Assembly: GCF_009914755.1 (NCBI RefSeq)
Contig: NC_060944.1
Strand: one strand, 5' to 3'
Source of the DNA: the human T2T-CHM13v2.0 reference genome, Homo sapiens
DNA length: 64,000 nt
The first letter of the stretch is position 1; each line of letters begins with the position of its first letter. The notes beneath the pieces were generated by a model, which was not told where the DNA came from, searched no databases, and saw only the letters and a program-made list of their open reading frames with translations. The position numbers and the translations under genes were made by a program. Below are positions 11,627 to 28,338 of this stretch, in pieces.

Positions 11627-11927
11627 AGCCGGGCGCGGTGGCTCACACCTGTAATCCCAGCACTTTGGGAGGCCGAGACGGGCGGATAGCGAGGTGAGGA
11701 AATTGAGACCATCCTGGCTAACACGGTGAAACCCCATCTTTACTAAAAATACAAAATATTAGCCGGTCCTGGTGGCGAGCACCTGTAGTCCCAGCTACTC
11801 AGAAGCTGAGGCGGAGAATGGCGTGAACCCGGGAGGCGGAGATTGCAGTGAGCCAGTGAGCCGAGATAGCGCCACTGCATTCCAGCCTGGGCGACAGAGC
11901 GAGACTCAGTCTCAAAAAAAAAAAAAA
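11627..11927 (+). mobile_element. AluY-like
   Basis: Diagnostic ACCATCCTGGCTAACACGG and AGAATGGCGTGAACCCGGG; 14-bp TSD AAAATGCAAATGCC. Confidence 0.93.
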
Positions 11928-12391
11928 TGCAAATGCCTCAGAAGGGTGCTGGTCTTCACCCTATTGCTTTCCTAATGGAGCAGAGACCTAAGGTTTATAA
12001 CGTGAAGGCTGGATTGGGAGTAAAAGTTGAGAAAAGGGTTCAGAAAGAGACTGATACATAGAAGGTAAATTCTGCAATTTCGTCAAGGCCAGAGATCGAC
12101 CTGGAGGAAATATCTTGAAATTTTGCAGCCAGGAATGCCAGATGGTTTCAACAGACATACTGGACACACATTTATATGTCTGGGTTATTTTTTTTTTCCC
12201 AGAACTGAAAGCTCAAAAATAAAGCTGCCCAGTCCAAATCCAGACACCTGGCAACCCCAGTGGTAACTTTTACTGAAAGCTGATGGTTTCCTCTGTAGCC
12301 GGCAGAAACACAAACAGCCACACCCTCTCCAAATGCCATTTAAGCCGCAGCCTGCCTTCCAAATTTCCAGGGCAAATTCCATTCCTGAGCC

Positions 12392-12879
<488 letters not shown>

Positions 12880-13119
12880 CTGAGCTGGAAGTTTTATACA
12901 TCACTTCTGCTCCCACCCTACTGGCCAGATCTTGCCACCCAGATGGCTCTGTGATTCTTTGCCAAGCCATGCCAAGCCACTGCCCAGGTGTTGCAGGTGG
13001 GCTGTGGGAATCTTGTTTCCTTGCGCTGAAACAGCACCAGGCATGTGTAAATAATCATTGAATGAATCAATATCTCCAGTATATGTTTTGGACTCCAGGT
13101 TGAGAGAAACCTCACCGTG

Positions 13120-14235
13120 AATGCCTGGGACTGTTCTAGGTACTGGGACTAGAATAGTGAATAAAGCAAAACTCTGTGTCCTCCTGTTGCTTACGTTCTA
13201 GGGACAGAAGAGACAATAAATAAAGACCCCCAATAAGTTGACAGAGTCAGCCAGATCATGGTAAGAGTTACGGAGAAAAACAAAATGGATTAAACAACAG
13301 GGAGCACTGGGGCCAGCACATGCCTGGAGGGGATGAGAGAAGGCCTCCCTGAGAAGGTGACATTTAAGCAAAGAACTGAAAGAAGTGAGGGAGTGGGCCC
13401 CACCTGTGTTCCGGGCAGCAGGAACAGCAGGTGCAAAGGCTTGGAGGTAGGAGTGTGTCCACTTGTTCAAGGAACAGCAAGGGGGAAGGGTAGTTGAGAT
13501 GCATCTAGAAAGGAGAGGAAAACCAGATGTATGAGCCATATAGTTGACCATAGGACTTTGGCTTTTTCTTTGGATGAACTGGGAGCTAAACAGAGGAGAG
13601 CTATGACCTAACTTAGGTTCTAATAGAATCCCTCTGACAGCTCTATGGGAAGTAAACTAAGAGCAGGGTGAGGTCAGAAGCAGTAAGACCTATGAGGAGG
13701 ATACTGCACTAGTCCAGGCAAGAGACATTGATGACTTGGGCCAGGGTGATACCAGAGGAGATGGAGAGAAACAGTTGATTCTGGATATGCTCTAAAGATG
13801 GAGCCAGCAGGATTTGCAGAGGATCTAGGGGTGAAATAGAGTGAAATAGAGTTAAACACGACTCGACTCTATTAGTGGCTCACGCCTATAATCTATGATT
13901 TTTGGAGTTGGCATTAACCACGATGGGAAAGATGGCAGGGGTCGGTGGGGTGCTGCTTTGGTGGAGAAGATGGAGCGTTTGGTTTTGGCCATGTTCAATG
14001 TCAAATTAAATACCCAAGTCAGATGTTGAGTGGGCAGTCACATCCACAATCCTGAGGTTCCAGGGAGAGGTCAGGCTGGAGATAGAAATGTAGCCATTGT
14101 CAGGATATAAGTGATAGTTAAAGCCTTGGGGCTGGGCGAGATCACCCAGGGAGGGTATGTGGATGGAGACCAGGACAAGGACAGAGGTCTGGGTCACACC
14201 AGCATTCAGAATGAGGCAGCCAGTGAATGGAGGCT
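13120..14235 (-). mobile_element. L2 LINE (long fragment)
   Basis: GGCCTCCCTGAGAAGGTGACATTTAAGC, AGCAGGTGCAAAGGC, GATTCTGGATATGCTCTAAAGATGGAGCCAGCAGGATTTGC. Confidence 0.8.
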
Positions 14236-14457
14236 GGAACAGGGGTGAGGGACAGTTCCAATTGTCCACAGGTGTTCCCTGACTCCTTTAAGACTAGACA
14301 TAGCAATGGACTCTCCTGTGATCTCATTTTCCCTCGTGAAATAGACAGAGGGCAAAGTCTGGAGTGCAGTGGCACAACCATGGCTCTGTCATCTCCTCCA
14401 GAGCCCTGAGCCCCAATTTCTTATTTTGTTAAATGAGGACATTAAGAACCCCACTCT

Positions 14458-14751
14458 GGCTGGGTGCGGTGGCTCACGCCTGTAATCCTAGCACTTTGGG
14501 AGGCCATGGTGGGAAGATCACTTGAGGTCAGGAGTTCGAGACCAACCTGGTCAACCTGGCAAAACTCCATCTCTACTAAAAATACAAAAATTAGTAGGTC
14601 GTGGTGGCACACACTTGTAATCCCCACTACTCTGGAGGCTAAGGCAGGAAAATCGCTTGAACCCAGGAGGTGGAGCGAGATCGCACCACTGCACTCCACC
14701 TGGGCGACAGAGTGAGACTCTGTCTCCAAAAAAAAAAAAAAAAAAAAAAAA
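14458..14751 (+). mobile_element. Alu (AluS-like)
   Basis: Full Alu; TSD AAGAACCYCRCTCT. Confidence 0.95.
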
Positions 14752-14939
14752 GAACCTCGCTCTGCCAGCTCTCTGAGGGACACAGCGACATAAAAAGAAC
14801 TTACAGACCCCAAACTGCTAGAAAAAGTGAAAAGGAGTTCCTTCCCCCACCATCTAACCTTAATCTTTCAGAAATGTGAAACTGAAGCATAGGAAAATAC
14901 TTACATAGATTCAGAGAAAACCAAAGAGAAGTAGTGGCC

Positions 14940-15655
14940 AGTGAGATATCATCTCACACTAATCAGAATGACTATTACTAAAAAGCCAAAAAAATCACAG
15001 ATGCCCTGAGGTTGCGAAGAAAAGGGAATGCTTATGCACTGCTGGTGGGAGTGTAAATTAGTTTAACCACTGTGGGAAGCAGTGTGGCGATTCCTCAAAG
15101 ACCTAAAAACAGAACTACCATTAGACCCAGCAATGCTGTTACTGGGTACTACCCAAAGGAATATAAATCATTCTACCATAAAGACACATACACACGTATG
15201 TTCATTTCAGCACTGTTCACAATAGCAAGGACATGGAATCAACCTGAATGCCCATCAGTGGCAGACTGGATAAAGACAATGTGGCACATTTACGCCATGA
15301 ATACCATGAAGCCATAAAAAATAACAAGATCATGTCCTTGGCAGGAACGTGGACGGAGCTGTAGGCCATTATCCTTAGCAATCTAAAGCAGGAACAGAAA
15401 ACCAAATACCTCACGTTCTCACTTATAAGCAGGAGCTAAATGACGAGAACTCATGGACGCAGAGGGGAGCAACAGACACTAGGGCCTACTTGAGGGTGAA
15501 GATTGGGAGGAGGGAGAGGAGCAGAAAAAATAACTATTTGGTACTAGGCTTAGTATCTGGGTGATAAAATTGTCTGCACAACACACCCCTGTGACACAAG
15601 TCTACCTGTATAACAAACCTGCACAGGTACCCCTGAACCTAAAATAAAAGTTTAA
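14940..15655 (+). mobile_element. L1 3' end (old primate L1PA/L1PB-like), followed by (GA)n
   Basis: ORF2 C-terminal remnants (TYTRMFISALFTIARTWNQPECPS) and 3' UTR ending AAAATAAAAG. Confidence 0.88.
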
Positions 15656-15729
15656 TGAGAGAGAGAGAGACAGAGAGAAAGAAATTTAAAAATTGAAAGA
15701 AAAAAAAAAAGAGTGGTGGCAGAGAAAGA

Positions 15730-16960
<1,231 letters not shown>

Positions 16961-17792
16961 TATATGGCTTTAATTCTTTACTACACTGCTTTTCCTCCTC
17001 TTTTGATTTGGACCCCAGATGCACAGAATCAGTTGGTCACACTCCTTGGGCCATTTGACCGTCAACTGCATTAGACTATGGCCTAGGTTTTGTTTTATTT
17101 TCACTTCTTATTTTTGCCTCTGTCACCCGTCTCCAACTCCTCCCATTTCCCTCTCCCCCACAGACACCCACTTGGATATATTTAAAGCTTGTTCTTTAGA
17201 TCCATCTGCCACACATTTGTTTGGATCTATGGGTATTCAAACAGGCATAGTAGAAAATATATACAGAGATAAAGACATAGTGTTTTATCTGTGTTTTCAA
17301 ATGTTTATGTAAATGGTACAGAGTTACGCATTTCATACTATGTTACCTTTTTCACTCAACATCCTGTTTCTGAGATCCTGCTTTGTTGCTCTTTGTAGAT
17401 ACAACTCCATGCTCAGTGTTCCATTGCATGCTTGCGCTACCTGGTCCATGCTTGTGCTACCTGGTCGAGGCTGCGGACTACATTTCCCAGGCCTCTTGCA
17501 GGTGGGTGGAGCCCCATAACTGAGTTTTAACTCGTGGATGCTGTTAGGTGAGATGTGCATCATCACCTCTAGTGCTGGCCCATGAAATTTCTCCCACACA
17601 TGCTCCTCCTTGCTCCTTTCCCTTATAGCTGATAGGGATGACGTCCCCCACAGTGACCTTGGAAGCCGCGGTTGAAGGTGGCAGAGTAACTCTCAGTCTG
17701 GGTCTGAATGTCTCCCTGGAGGAGAGCCAGACTACTGATCGCTAACAGTCACCTTGGATTATTATGAGCCATAAAACTTCCATTACATTTGA

Positions 17793-18138
<346 letters not shown>

Positions 18139-18644
18139 CACGACGGCAAGTATTAACCTTAACCAAAAAAAAAAAAAAAGAAAAAAAAAAGCATATTCTA
18201 TTTATCCATTTCCTAGTGCTAGACACTGTTGCTCCAAACTCCTTGAAGCAATGCCATGATGAACCTCCTCATACACATTTCCATATGCATCTGTGAGCAA
18301 GCGTTTTCAGGTTATCTAACAGAAATGGAATGCCTGCGCCATGGGGTTTGTACATATTTTGTTTACCTGACCAAAGCAATGGCAGAGACATTCAGGTGTG
18401 TGGGGCAGTGACAGCAGAGATGTTCATATTCAGCTAGCCAAAGTCAGCATGGCTGCTTGGGGTGGGCAGGCTCAATGGGGCTACCAAGGGGTCATTGCTA
18501 GATCAACCCCACAGAGTGCTTTGGGCATTGTTTTTGGCACAGCCTTTAAGGCTGGCCTTCTAAGCATCCTTGAGATTCTGTGAGCTCCCATAGCTGTTAA
18601 TAAAATTAGAGCGAGTTCTGTTGCTTACAATTGCAAATCCCCTT

Positions 18645-19045
18645 ATTTATGTATTTATTTATTTAGAGACAGGGTCTTACACTGTAGCCCAGGCTGGAGT
18701 GCAGTGGCATGATCATGGCTCACTGAGACCTCAAAACTCCTGGGCTCAAATGATCCTCACACCTCAGCCTCCCAAGTAGCTAGTAGCTGATTAAAAAAAA
18801 AATGTGCAGATGGGGGTCTCACTATGTTGCCCAGACTGGTCTCGAACTCCTAGGCTCAAGCCTTAGCCTCCTGAGTAGCTAGGACTACAGGCACGTGCCA
18901 CCATGCCCAGCTAATTTCATGTTTTGCAGATACGGGGTTTCACTATGTTGCCCAGGCTGGTCCCAAACTCTTGGCCTCAAGGGATCCTCCACGCCTCAGC
19001 CTCCCCAAGGGCTTGGATTACCGATGGGAGCCACTTCACCAGGTC
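18645..19045 (-). mobile_element. Rearranged AluJ-like element with partial arm duplication
   Basis: Right-arm, left-arm, right-arm, left-arm segments in series. Confidence 0.8.
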
Positions 19046-19072
19046 TGCAAATCCCTTTTCATATGCTAGATT

Positions 19073-19278
19073 CAGGGGAAGGCAAACTTCTTCTGCAGAG
19101 AGCCAGAAAGTAAGTATTTTTGGCTTTGCAAGTCATACAGTATCTTCTCAGCTTCTCGATTCTGCTGTTGTAGCAATAAAGCAGCCAAAGACAATAATAA
19201 TGAATGGGTGTGGCTGTGTTCCAATAAAACTTTATTTATAAAAACAATGGCCCACAAGACATAACTTGTTAATCCCTG
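19073..19278 (+). mobile_element. MER58A-like hAT DNA transposon
   Basis: CAGGGG..GGCAAAC...TGTGGCTGTGTTCCAATAAAACTTTATTTA...CCCTG. Confidence 0.78.
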
Positions 19279-20366
19279 AGCTAGATAAAAAAGAGACATC
19301 TCCTTTCTCTAAATCTCTATGTAGACATTTATGCCATGTTTCTTAGTCTTAGCTACTTGGTAAACGCTTGTTCTCATCCACACAGAGGGGTCCTCACACA
19401 TGGCCTAACACATTACCTTGCCTGAAATAGACTGGATGAATAAATGAATGAGTGAATGAATGAATGGCCTTAATTTAGAGGTGGTCTCAATGAACAACCC
19501 AGGCAGAGACCAATCAGAACCGCAGCCGGCTGTAGACAACCTGTGCCACAGAACCAGCGGAGTACAGAGTATCATTCTTTGTCCTTCAGCTGTTGCATGA
19601 AGACTACCTTCTTCACAACTAACCCCCCGCCCACCCTACCTGGCTTTATCCCACATCCCTGGTAGGCATCCATTTAGGGGCTCAGTTTCTGAATTTCAGA
19701 AGTTAATGAGGAACAAGGGCAACTGTGGGGGGTTCAGTTCTTAACAGCAAACTGTTCCAGTGACTAATCCATCTTTCATTCCCAGTATTTTTATTTGTCC
19801 CAGCAGAAATGTGTATGAGTCACAGCTCCTGGATAATTTTTTTTTAATGCATCATTGCGTGTATATCTCTGGCCTGCAGACCTGCAAGGTCTGGGTGCTG
19901 TTGACAGGGGGCTAATGATTTCAGCAGCAACAACAAAAGCTGTCAAGTCATGCTAACCAGGACTTCTTTCCCCCATGCCTATCAGCATGAAAGAAATAAA
20001 AAAAGAAAAAAAAATGGACTTAGTGTCTGATTAAGAATGTGGCACATAGAGTGATTTAGGCGGCCACAGACTTATACTTTCTCCTACCAATAACTTTCCC
20101 TTTTTTTAAGACCCTGCCACAAACACCTCTTCTTTCGGAAAGCCTTGATTAATCTAATCTCAAAGACCAGCTCTCAGAGCAGCTCTAAAACCACTATGAT
20201 TTGCAAATCAAATCTCACCCTCTTCTGATCTCATTTCTGTCTTGCAGTGTATTCCTGCAGCCTTTGTGTAGAAAATTCCTATTCTACCCCTTTCAAATAA
20301 TTTGTAGCTTGCTTTCTGGAGTGTGAAGTCTCTTCCACGTGGGTATATTCTCTCTCTCCAGCGTGG

Positions 20367-20532
20367 TGCAGTGAACCGTGATTGTGCCACTGAACTCCAG
20401 GCTGGGCAACACAGCAAGACACTGTCTCAAAATAAAAATCTAGTAGCCGTGTCTCCATCCTTATCATATTCAATTATTCAGTAGCACTCAGCACAGTGAT
20501 TTCTCTCTCCTTCTTAAAATATGCTTTTTGCA
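20367..20532 (+). repeat. ~166-bp dispersed copy of 21902-22066 (Alu 3' end plus unique flank)
   Basis: About 11 differences by manual alignment; the ORF track shows twin peptides MNMIRMET(R/Q)LLDF. Confidence 0.93.
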
Positions 20533-20989
20533 CCAAATCAGACAGAGTTGATTTGGGAATTATGAAGAGATGAAGCCAAACATCCACTTGGCCCCTCACT
20601 GGCTATGTGACTTCACTTCTTGGGGGCCCCAGTTTTTGCATCTATAAATGGGGATGATAATGATGATAATCATAATAACAGAATAAAGGTAGATAATGTT
20701 TCCTGAGCCACTAATCATAATATATGCTCAATATAAACAAGGGTTTTTCATCTATTTTGCTCATTGCTGTATGGTCGGGGCTAGCACAGAGCCTGGCACC
20801 ATTTAGATAATCAACAAACATTTTTTGAATAAATGAATTAATGGATTGTTTCCCATACTTGCCTAATCTTAAGATGCCTCACCATCCTCCCAGGAAGAGA
20901 CTCCAAGGTCAACCTTGACTCTCGTATTATCTGTGTCTAGAATTCTAATTCCTCAAATTGCTTAGTTTCCGTATTACTCAATGATCCTA

Positions 20990-21300
20990 AAGATGCAAGT
21001 GACAGAAATCCAACTCAAACCAGTTCAGGGAAAATACGGAATATATTGGGTCATCTAAGCCTGTCTAACTTCGGGCATGGCTGGATCCAGGTGCTCAAAG
21101 ATTGCTTCTTTCCCAAGAGTGTAACTCAGAAGGCTGTCTCTGATTGGTCAGGATTGGGTCATGTGTTCAATCACTATGACTCTGAATGGCCAGGCCTGAG
21201 TCATGTATTTTCTACTAGAAAGGAAGGGAGGAATGGTCCCCACAAGGTTAACTGGAGCCCCAGTACTACAAGAAGAGAAATAAATGCTGGCTAGGCAATA
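20990..21300 (-). mobile_element. MLT1-family LTR fragment
   Basis: TGCAAGTGACAGAAATCCAACTCAAAC...GGCATGGCTGGATCCAGG...TCTGATTGG. Confidence 0.6.
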
Positions 21301-21538
21301 ACAAAGAATTGAGGGAGGCTCCTCCAGACTCACCAGTCTACATTCCCTCCTGAACACTCTGCCAGGTTAATGCTATAAAGGGCAAACATGATCAAGTTAC
21401 TTATCCCTGTGCTCAAGCACCTTCACTGGCTCCCTACTGCTGACTAAAGTAATTATAGTTTGCTCAGCGTGGCATGGAAAGTCCTTTGCAATATACCTGT
21501 CTTCTCCAGGCTGAGGGATCAGTGAGAAAGCTGTTCTA

Positions 21539-22007
<469 letters not shown>

Positions 22008-22169
22008 TTATTCAGTAGCACTCAGCACAGTGATATTTCTCTCCTTCTTAAAACATGCTTTTTGCAGGAAATATTTGGGATACCCTGTACCCCCCATTCC
22101 CTTGCACGGCCATGTTCTACTGGCCTTCTCTGGCAGCAGATATGTGCTCAGACTCTATCTTCTACACCC

Positions 22170-22680
22170 ATTGAAGACACCATTGGTTGCAAACCAGCAA
22201 CATTTTCCCCTTCTCCCTATTGAAACCCCAAGTTTGGCCACCATATGCTTCTGGAGAGAATGAACCCTCCTCACCCCCAGCAGGCAGATCTTAATGAAAT
22301 TCAGCCAATCATGAAGAGGCATGTGACTCATTTCTAACCAATAAGACTTGATGGAAATCTGCTGGAGGCTTCAGGGAAGGTCTTCTTCCCTCTCAAAACA
22401 AGATACAGGAAAGGAAAGTGACTTGTTCTGCTCTTGTGGCTTGTGGATGTTGTTGTGACAGCACGATGTCTAGGGGCTATGGCAGCCAACTTGGACCCAC
22501 GAACGGAGACCGTGCCATCATGGTAGATGGAAAGATGCAAGGAACCTGGATCCTCAATGCTGCTCTTGAGCCGAATTACCCAACCCTGGGACTGTCCTAT
22601 CTCAGGACACATTGCATAAAACACATTGGGTTCAGTCTTCATTTACTTATAGCAAAAGTCATCTTGATGGATATACTGCT
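22170..22680 (+). mobile_element. MLT1-family LTR
   Basis: GGCATGTGACTCATTTCTAACCAATAAG...GGAAAGATGCAAGGAACCTGGATCCT. Confidence 0.55.
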
Positions 22681-22919
22681 TGTATGGTAAAACTTCCAGA
22701 AACATGACTCCAGCTATAACCTTCTTTCTCACATCACTCCAGACCTACGTGGGATGTTTAATGGACATCTTCCCAAGCAGTCCTACAAGCACTTTAAAAA
22801 TGTGTCCCAACTTGAATCAATTATCTGCCACATTCCCCAAAAGACTTTTATTCACTAGATAAATGGCATCGCCATCTATGTGATTTCTCTCATGAGTGAT
22901 CCTCAAGTCTTTTTTCCAT

Positions 22920-23790
22920 TCCTTTATTCATTCATGTAACGAACTCTCATTTACTAAGCTCCTCTATGCACTGGGCATTATGCAAGATGTAGGGGATAAC
23001 ACAGTGACTAAGACAAAGTTCCATCCCTCGTGAAGCTTATATTTCCGGTTAGAGGGAGATATTAAACAATTAACCCATAACTGACAGCAGCTAAGAAATA
23101 AACAGGATGTTCTCATAGAAAAATACAGGGAGGCACACACCTAGATAAGGTGATCAGGGGAGGCTTCCATAGGCAGGTAATAAATAAGCTGAGATCTAAA
23201 TGCACAGCCAAAACCAACTCTGCAAAGCATGAGAAGAGTTTTCTAGGCTGGGCGCAGTGGCTCACGCTGTAATCTCAGCACTTTGGGAGGCCAAGGCAGG
23301 AAGATTGCTTGGGGCCAGGAGTTTGTGACCAGCCTGGGCAACATGACGAAAAGTGTCTCTACAACATACAAAAAAATTAGCCAGGTGTGATGGTCCATGC
23401 CTTTAGTCCCAGCTACTCTGGAGGCTGAGGTGGAAGGATCACTTGAGCCCAGGAGGCTGAGGTTGTAATGAGCCGTGACTGTGCCACTACACTCCAGCCT
23501 GGGTGACAAAGCAAGACCTTGTTTCCAAAAAAAAAAAAAAAAAAGAGCTTTCTAGGCAGAGGAAATAGCAAGTGCAAAGGCCCCAAGGCTGGACCAAATT
23601 TGAGCTTTCCAGAAGCCGCGAGGAGGCCAGTGAGGTGGTAATGTGGAGACAGGCAGATCCAGCAGGGCCTCAAAAGTGATGTGTGGATTTTATGCTAAGT
23701 GCAGTGGGCAGCCAGGGGAGGAATTTAAACAAGGATGTAACATGATGTGACTCAGGTTTTTAAATGGTCTCACAGGCTATTGCATGGACG
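22920..23790 (-). mobile_element. L2 interrupted by an AluJ (+, 23246-23543)
   Basis: L2 motifs on both sides; TSD AAGAG(T/C)TTTCTAGG. Confidence 0.8.
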
Positions 23791-23814
23791 ATGGCCCATA
23801 ATAATAAAAATGAT

Positions 23815-24010
23815 CACAGCTAACACTTTGATAGTAGATACTGTGTGCCAGGCATTGTTCTAAGCACATTCCGTATATATTAACTCATTAAGTCCTCCCA
23901 CCGACCCCATGAGGTCAGCACCATAATCATTCCCATTTTATTGATGAAGAAACTGAGGCACAGAGAATTACAGAAACTTGCCTACGGTCACATAGCCAAT
24001 AAATCAAAGC
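23815..24010 (-). mobile_element. MIR SINE
   Basis: TGTGCCAGGCATTGTTCTAAGCAC...GAAGAAACTGAGGCACAGAG. Confidence 0.78.
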
Positions 24011-25449
24011 CTGGCCTAGAGGAAACAAGGAGACTAGCTACAGGCTGTGGTGCATGTCCAGAAAGGGGGCTGCAGGCAGTGGGGCTTGGATTGGCCCAGG
24101 GGAGAAGTGCAAGGGAGGATCCCGCATATAATTTCACGGCGGAGAGGAAAGAACTTGCAGGTGGTCTTATCCTCTGTCCATTCTCACTCCTTTCTCCAGC
24201 AGGTTTTTGAACTTGACTTCTGGCTTGGTGGTCTCCCAGCCCACCTTATATTAATAGATGGGGATGTCCTCGCTGTCTCCTCCCCCACCATCCTGCTGTC
24301 TGGCACCTCGTTCATCTCACACAACCACTCCCCTTGAAAACAGCCCGACCCTCCTACAGTACAACAGTCTCCACCTTGGTCTTGCCCTGCCCACTCCACA
24401 CCAGAGATTAAAAGCCAGGCAGCCGCTCCTGGCGGTCAAAGGAGAGCACTTTGTAGACGCTCCCTGGACCCCAGCAAAACTTCTATTGTGTTGCTGGAGA
24501 CAGAAACAATGCCAGTGGCCCAGTTGCTCCCCAGCCAAAGGTGGCCCCAGCAAACAGTCTCCCAGCCCCATGGATGGGGTGCCTGGGAGTGTTAACAGAG
24601 CTCCCTCGGGGACCAGAGGGCCAGGAGAGAAGCAACATGTGCCTGCTGGACACTCCCGTCTACAGCCGGCTGCAGCCCCCACCCACCCACGTGCCTCACT
24701 CTAGGCGAAGAAAACCCAAAAGTAGGAGAGGACAGGCCAGAGATGGCTGCTTGACCTTTCAAGGGGAGGCAGGAGTTTCTACAAAGCCTCTGGGAGTCCC
24801 CTAAGTATGTGTTCCTACCCTCCAGGGGCTAGGAGGTCACCCTCTCAGTTCCTCATCAGCCTGGGATAGGTTCAGCGGTGGGTGGAAAATATGACCAGCA
24901 AGGGGCCTACCCACACCCGGGGCCTGCTTTGGGGCTTTCTTAAAAAGACAGTGCTAGGATCCCAGACCAACAAGACACCTTGTGCAAAGCTCTGTGCTCT
25001 AGGCTCTCAGAGAATAGGAAAGCACCCTGTCCTTCTGGGTCAGAGTGGAGTTAAGATGAGTTATGCAGAGGCAGAGATTTGGGGGAGAGATCAAGGAATA
25101 CTTCATGGAGGAGGGGGCCTTTGAGAGTGCTCTGAAAAAACTGAGAGGATTCCTTTCTTTGCCCTGCCCTCCCTCTTCCTTCTCTTATAAAAAAAAAAAA
25201 AAAAAAAACAAACCCTCCCCAAATGACTAATAAATAAAAGACACACAAAAGAGACACATATGCTTTATCTATAATGTATAGGCCGTGTTGTTTTTGAAAC
25301 TCTTTTCTGCTCTGTAAAGGAATGTGTGTGCATCACGGAAACCTTGGAAAACCCAGAGCAGCATATAGAAGAAAATGAAAATTGCCTCTATTTCCACCAT
25401 ATAGAGATAAAACACTCTTAACTTGTCAGAGTATTCCTTTCCAGGCTTT

Positions 25450-26060
25450 GGTGGTGTTTTTTCATATTATTACTAAGGTGAAATTTACTTGCAGTGAAAT
25501 GCACATGTCTGGAATATATGACTCAATGCATTTTGACAAATGTCTACACCCGTGTGTACACCCTTCCAATCGAGATCTAGAACATTCCCCTCACCCCAGA
25601 AATTTCCCCCGGGTCCCCTTCCAGTCAGCCCCCATCCTTCTGATTTCTATAAATTAGTTTTGCCTGCCATGTAATTGGAATCATGTGCTATGTGCTTTTT
25701 TGTGTCTGGTTTCTTTCACTCAACATAAACAATGTTTTTAGATTTCTCCACGTATCAGTAGCTTGTTCTTTTTCATTGTTGAGTAGTGTCCCATTGTGTG
25801 GATAAATCACAGTGTGTTCATCCTGCAAGAATCTTTTGGGTTGTCTCCACTTTGGGGCTATTATGAAAGAGCCACTTATAAATATTGGCCAAGTCTGTGC
25901 ATGGATGTAGGTTTTCATTTTTCCTGAGCAAATACTTAGGAGTGGGATAACTGAGTCATATGATTAACTTTTATGAGAAATTGTCAACAGTTTTCCAAAG
26001 TGGTTGTACCATTTTATATTTCCACCAGCACTATATGAGGGTTCCAATTTCTCGATATCA
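25450..26060 (-). mobile_element. Old L1M 3' fragment
   Basis: TTTTGACAAATG...GTCTGGTTTCTTTCACTCAACATA...TTTTCCAAAGTGGTTGTACCATTTTA. Confidence 0.75.
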
Positions 26061-26065
26061 TTACA

Positions 26066-26988
<923 letters not shown>

Positions 26989-28311
26989 TGAAAATCACCT
27001 CCATTTCCACCATGTAGCTTAAACATCCTTAACATGTCAGAGTATTCCTCTGTTTTCTATAGATATATATATACATATCACTATATATGTGTGATTATAT
27101 ATGTGTCTCCATAGAAATAAACAAAACAATACTAGAAACAAATACAATACTAGAAACAGAACAATACTATGTGTCTTCTATGGATATATATATAGTATTG
27201 TTTTGTGGTGACTCTTTTTACAAAAATCTTGCATTATATATTTCTTCATTGTACTTACCACCCAGGCCGTATTGTTTGATTCCCTGCCTAGGATGTTAGC
27301 TCAGCTGGGGCAGGGAATTTGTTTTGTTCACTGCTAGATTCCCAGTGTCCAGCATAGAGTGGCTGCTCCATCAATATCTGTGGAATGAAAGGATAGTGGA
27401 CATATTGTTCTGCAATTTGCTGGCTTCACTCTATAAATATAACTCATAGATCTTTCCACATCCACACTTACAGATCTATTTCCCTCTGTAAACTGCCGCA
27501 TAGCATATTCTGTGATATGAATGTGCAAAATGTCTTTTACATCCCTCTGTTTGTAGGTTTTAGTAAAATCAGCCAAAGGGTCAGGATTTCTACCACCACA
27601 TACTTCAAGGAGCTCAACACATTGCCTACTTGGTGGGGAGTGGGGGGGAATAATGGTAAATAGGTAGAATCTTTATAATTTGGCAAGTGAGGGTGGTAGT
27701 GGGGAGAAAGGTAGCATCAAAGTTGTAGTGGGGTGGTTATGCTCACTCTGGAGCCAGATGTTCTGGGTTCATATCATGACCACCACTGTCATGCTGTGTG
27801 ATCTTGGGCAAGTTACTCAACTTCTCTGTGCATCAGTTTTCCATCTGAAAGATGGGAATAATAATAGTAACCTCCAAGGGTTGTTATGAGAATTAAAAGT
27901 CTATAGAGCAGCAATGAGCACTTGTTAAATACTCTGGTGTTATCTACTGTTATTATTCAACAACCAAAGGGTGTTTGCCTCTAAGGAACACATCCAGCTC
28001 CCTTCAGTCATTTTCTCTACCTTTCTGGCCCGGGTGGGCTCTGGCTTTCCCATCCACTGAGCTAGAACCTTTATTGCAGAGTAGAGAGTGACCCGGGGCA
28101 AGCGGAGGGCCGAGGGGAGGAAACCCAGGGAGGAGCAGCTTTATAGGAACCAGGAGAGAAAGGAGTTTCCAGAAGCCAGGGCTGGTAAACAGTGACAAAA
28201 GCTCTAGCAGAGGGGTAACGATGTGGACCCAGATTAGGCGGTTGCAATTTGGCAGCAGGGAAGTCACCGGTGACCTTTGGGAGAAACGCTGGGGCAGAAG
28301 CCAGCTTCAGA

Positions 28312-28338
28312 GGGACAGGGACAGGGACAGGGACAGGG
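28312..28338 (+). repeat. (GGGACA)4GGG hexamer repeat, potential G-quadruplex
   Basis: Five G3 tracts with 3-nt ACA loops. Confidence 0.85.

Noticed and set aside
28261-28276. Canonical estrogen response element
   Set aside because: Spacer is 4 bp rather than 3 and one half-site is mismatched; kept only as a weak palindrome note.
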